In this document: positions 60,703 to 64,000 of the stretch, piece after piece
Layout of the letters: each line of letters opens with the position of its first letter
How positions within the stretch are numbered: position 1 is the stretch's first letter
Assembly: GCA_020137815.1 (NCBI GenBank)
Contig: CM035359.1
Coordinates: 7,006,001 to 7,070,000, forward strand
DNA length: 64,000 bases
Origin: Hormiphora californensis
Taxonomy: Eukaryota; Animalia; Ctenophora
Direction of reading: 5' to 3'
The notes under the pieces: model-generated
Told to the model about the DNA's origin: nothing
The model's database searches: none
The model's input: the letters and a program-made list of their open reading frames with translations, nothing else
Made by a program: the position numbers and the translations under genes

Positions 60703-61636
60703 TTATTTGCCTCCACCCACCCCTCCGCCCACCCCCCCCCCCCGCCTCACCCGTCCCAAAGTAGAGGACTTTCTGAAACAGGTTACTATAGAGACAATCC
60801 TTGTGTTCTAATTCGCTAAGTCGCTTATCGCGTGTAAGTGTGTAACAACTCACAAATGTAGTAGCAAAACTACTCCCCCGATACTGCTTTGCAGGTACGC
60901 TGCCCCTGCAGGCATACAGATACTAATTTTTGAATAAATACTATCTGGTTGAATAACAATTTCAAGATCTAGATCTAAAATAAACCTCCGATATTTTTTA
61001 ATCCCTACTACCCTCCACCCGCCCCGAACCGCCCCGCCCACCACCAATATATTCATACTAAACAAAACTGTGGACTAAGAACAAATCCTTGCTAGTTCAG
61101 CCTTCTAACCCAATCGGACTTAATTAGTCCTAATCAGACAGATAGGTCTCACATTACACATATAATACGTACAATACCCGTCCTGCCACTTATAATGTAA
61201 ACCTACCATATGCCAGACCAATTCAAGATACTATAATACTATAATAATGAAACCCCAAACACCTAATATGTGGGTGACCTAAAATCCTAAAAACGGAGGC
61301 AAAACCTCGTACAATAACCTATGTAAAACGATAATAAACCACACCGCAGTAGCTATCAGGCCTAATCGAGACTAAAGAATAGAAAGCGACATCCCCTCTT
61401 GTCGCAGGGGGATAGAGCCACGGAGCCAAGAATCACAGAAAGAAGAATCAAGATTCTGCGACTCTCGAAGGAGTTTAGTCTCCCGAACCCGAAGCCACCT
61501 ATAATGCGAACCTGTCCTGTGGTCAGTTCCTGATGGTGGGGGAGGGGAGGGGGGCTATTCTCCTAGTGCCGGCGATATCGCTTTGCGATAGTCCCCTGTG
61601 GGCTTGCCGTTGGCAAGCCCAGGCACTCCGTAGATA

Positions 61637-62236
61637 GATCACTGCGCTGGCAAGCGCAAAGGTGACCCCATCCATCCCCCGAAAAAAATTTCCCCCAAAA
61701 ACGGCCCGCTTGCTCACAGCGTATATATAGTTATTTCATACTTTTAGCCCCTTTTGGCACTTTTTGACATGCCATAACTCCCGAACCGGAAGAGCTAGGA
61801 AGCCGAAATTTTGTACTTAGAAGCTTCTTGTAGACCTCTATCGATGGTAAAAATTTCAAGTGGCTAGCTCTTTTTGTTCAAAAGTTATAACACCACCCCC
61901 AAAACAGAAAATTCAGTGTGGGGATAACTAGGTTGATCACTGCGCTGGCAAGCGCAAAGGTGGCCCCATCCAACCCCCCGAAAAAAATTCCCCCAAAAAA
62001 CGGCCCGCTTGCTCACAGCGTATATATAGTTATTTCATACTTTTAGCCCATTTTGGCACTTTTTGACACGCCATAACTCCGGAACCGGATGAGCTAGGAA
62101 GCTGAAATTTTGTACTCAGAAGCTTCTTGTAGACATCTATCGATGGTAAAAATTTCAAGTGGCTAGCTCATTTTGTTCAAAAGTTATAACACCAACCCCA
62201 AAACAGAAAATTCAGTGTGGGGATAACTAGGTTGAT
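61637..62236 (+). repeat. Two ~298-bp tandem copies of a transposon-derived unit
   Basis: GATCACTGCGCTGGCAAGCGCAAAGG at 61637 and 61935, with a third copy of this head at ~63147. Confidence 0.85.
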
Positions 62237-62890
62237 ACATAGATAGATACATAGATGTATAGACGCTTTATTACCTTCCGTTTGGTCCCAGTTTGAGACA
62301 AACCAGACATCGTACGACCTTAAACCAAGCGGCATTCGACAGATAATTGTCTCGTGCATGTACCCATTTGGGTGGCGACTCTCAATCTTACCTATGACGC
62401 GCGCAATGACGTCACGAGTGACGTCATTGCGCAAGATCGACTAACTTTTTTCAAACGCCTCTAGCACCCTGAAGACGTGTTCCGATTTCTGATTTGACGA
62501 AAAATCGTTACCGGCAAATCGTCTGAACTTTCAGTTACTATATTGCGAATTTTCGTAGCTTATCATTTTGAGCCCTTAAATCGCGTCGGAAGTCAAAAAT
62601 TTGACGAAAAATTCAGTAAAATGAACGTTTTTCGAGCAAAAACTCCCTTTCCTGACCACTGTGGTTAATGATACTTTACAAGCTCCTTCAGGGTATTCAT
62701 TCAAAATATATTGTGATGCAATTACGTCGTTACGACGTCACTAATTACGTCAGATGACGTCATAATGACGTCAAAATTACGGTTTTCACAGAAATTCGTC
62801 TCGTTTCTCATATAACACATCATTTTGACAATTTTACATCATGAAATAATGTCATACTGACATTAGAAACCAAAAAGGGACCTAAATTAA

Positions 62891-63135
62891 GCCAAAAACT
62901 AATTGGAATTAGTTGGCGGGAAAGGTGGCCCACTTACACCTTTGCCTGATGCCGGGTTTTATTTTAAAATGTATCAGGGATATAAGGGGTGAGTGAAATA
63001 GAGAAAGAGAAAGGGTGAGAGAGAGATTGAGATACCGACGTGACGTGAAGAGAATGACAGTTCGTGGTACCCGGTAGCAGCAAAAGGTGTAAGTGGGCCA
63101 CCTTTCCCGCCAACTAATTCCAATTAGTTTTTGGC
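62891..63135. mobile_element. MITE with ~55-bp TIRs flanked by TTAA
   Basis: GCCAAAAACTAATTGGAATTAGTTGGCGGGAAAGGTGG... and its reverse complement ending at 63135. Confidence 0.85.
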
Positions 63136-64000
63136 TTAATATATACATCACTGCGCTGGCAAGCGCAAAGGTTGCCATTCCCCCTCCCCCAAACAGCAAA
63201 GCGCCGCCAGAAACGCAGTTATACGTTTTATGGGTGTTTTGACTGAAAACCCAGATTTCAGAAGGCTATAGCGTGGCTCCCATTCATCCGTTTGACTTGA
63301 AAATTGGAATGTATACCCGGCTCGAGGTCATTAACTTAAGTTCAAAATTTCAAGTCTCTATCTCATCTGGAACTGAAGTTACAGACAGGTCCTATTTGCC
63401 CTAGATTCAGTGTAACACATATGCACGCGCGCGCGCGTACGCGCGCGTAGGAGAGACGCTTTTTATAAACCATATTCACGCCAAACGAAAAGAGATAGAA
63501 ACTTTTCGTTTTCACAGCTGGTAGATCTACTGGATGTGTGTGCATTAGTCGAGGTGGCGTCCCTTTTCATCGCCAGGAACGTCCTACAGAACGTCTTAAA
63601 GTCGTCATTTTTCAGACTCTGACCAAAATTCTTTGAGCTCAATTTACAGCCTGAAGACGGATTCTAATCGAAAAACGAAGACTATATCATGGAAAGAGAA
63701 TTGTCTGAACTTTCAGAAACTATATTCCGAATTTTCAAAACCAGACGTATAAGGGTCTTAAAACGCGTCTAAAGTGTTATGACTGTTTAAAAATAGATAT
63801 GACGATATGGGTTTTTTCGCCATAGCGGACTCAAATCTTATCCAATCGATCTCAAACTTGGTCAGTATCTTCATCTAGGTAATCCCGATGATATGACGTC
63901 AAAATTTTGACGTCATGACGTCGTGACGTCATTTTATGACGTCAAAATGACGTCAAAAATGAAAAAAATTCAACTTAGCGATTCCATCCTCTCCGTACTT

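Noticed and set aside
59295-60764. Repeated ORFs (MQQDLSLSAQ...) as a tandem gene family
   Set aside because: They arise from the ~390-bp intronic tandem repeat antisense to IFT57 and have no domain or splice support.

Overview
Animal genomic DNA with many short GT-AG introns and dense (CT/GA)n tracts. It is most likely from a cydippid ctenophore (Pleurobrachia-like), judged from dispersed short repeats I recall from Pleurobrachia bachei gene models; this assignment is an inference. Manual exon assembly with splice-phase checks gives six genes. On the + strand: an ~11-finger C2H2 zinc-finger gene with two very large introns, a signal-peptide/multi-CCP(sushi)/GPI-signal gene, and an SLC6 amino-acid-type transporter. 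On the - strand: an uncharacterised acidic disordered protein, a 226-aa secreted protein with the sequence pattern and all-phase-0 exon layout of a long-chain four-helix (IL-6/CNTF/CLCF1-like) cytokine, and the 3' part of IFT57. Two observations stand out. (1) The candidate helical cytokine occurs in a lineage generally reported to lack JAK/STAT signalling. (2) Tandem repeats recur whose unit is the exon-intron junction itself, giving ~26 donor copies and ~37 acceptor copies inside SLC6 introns plus at least four smaller cases in other genes. The window also has a 34-bp satellite, many MITEs and hairpin elements, an RTE LINE 3' end and degenerate coding-like relics inside the zinc-finger introns. 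Several segments look like unpolished long-read sequence (homopolymer garbling, 1-2 nt frameshifts in otherwise intact exons).
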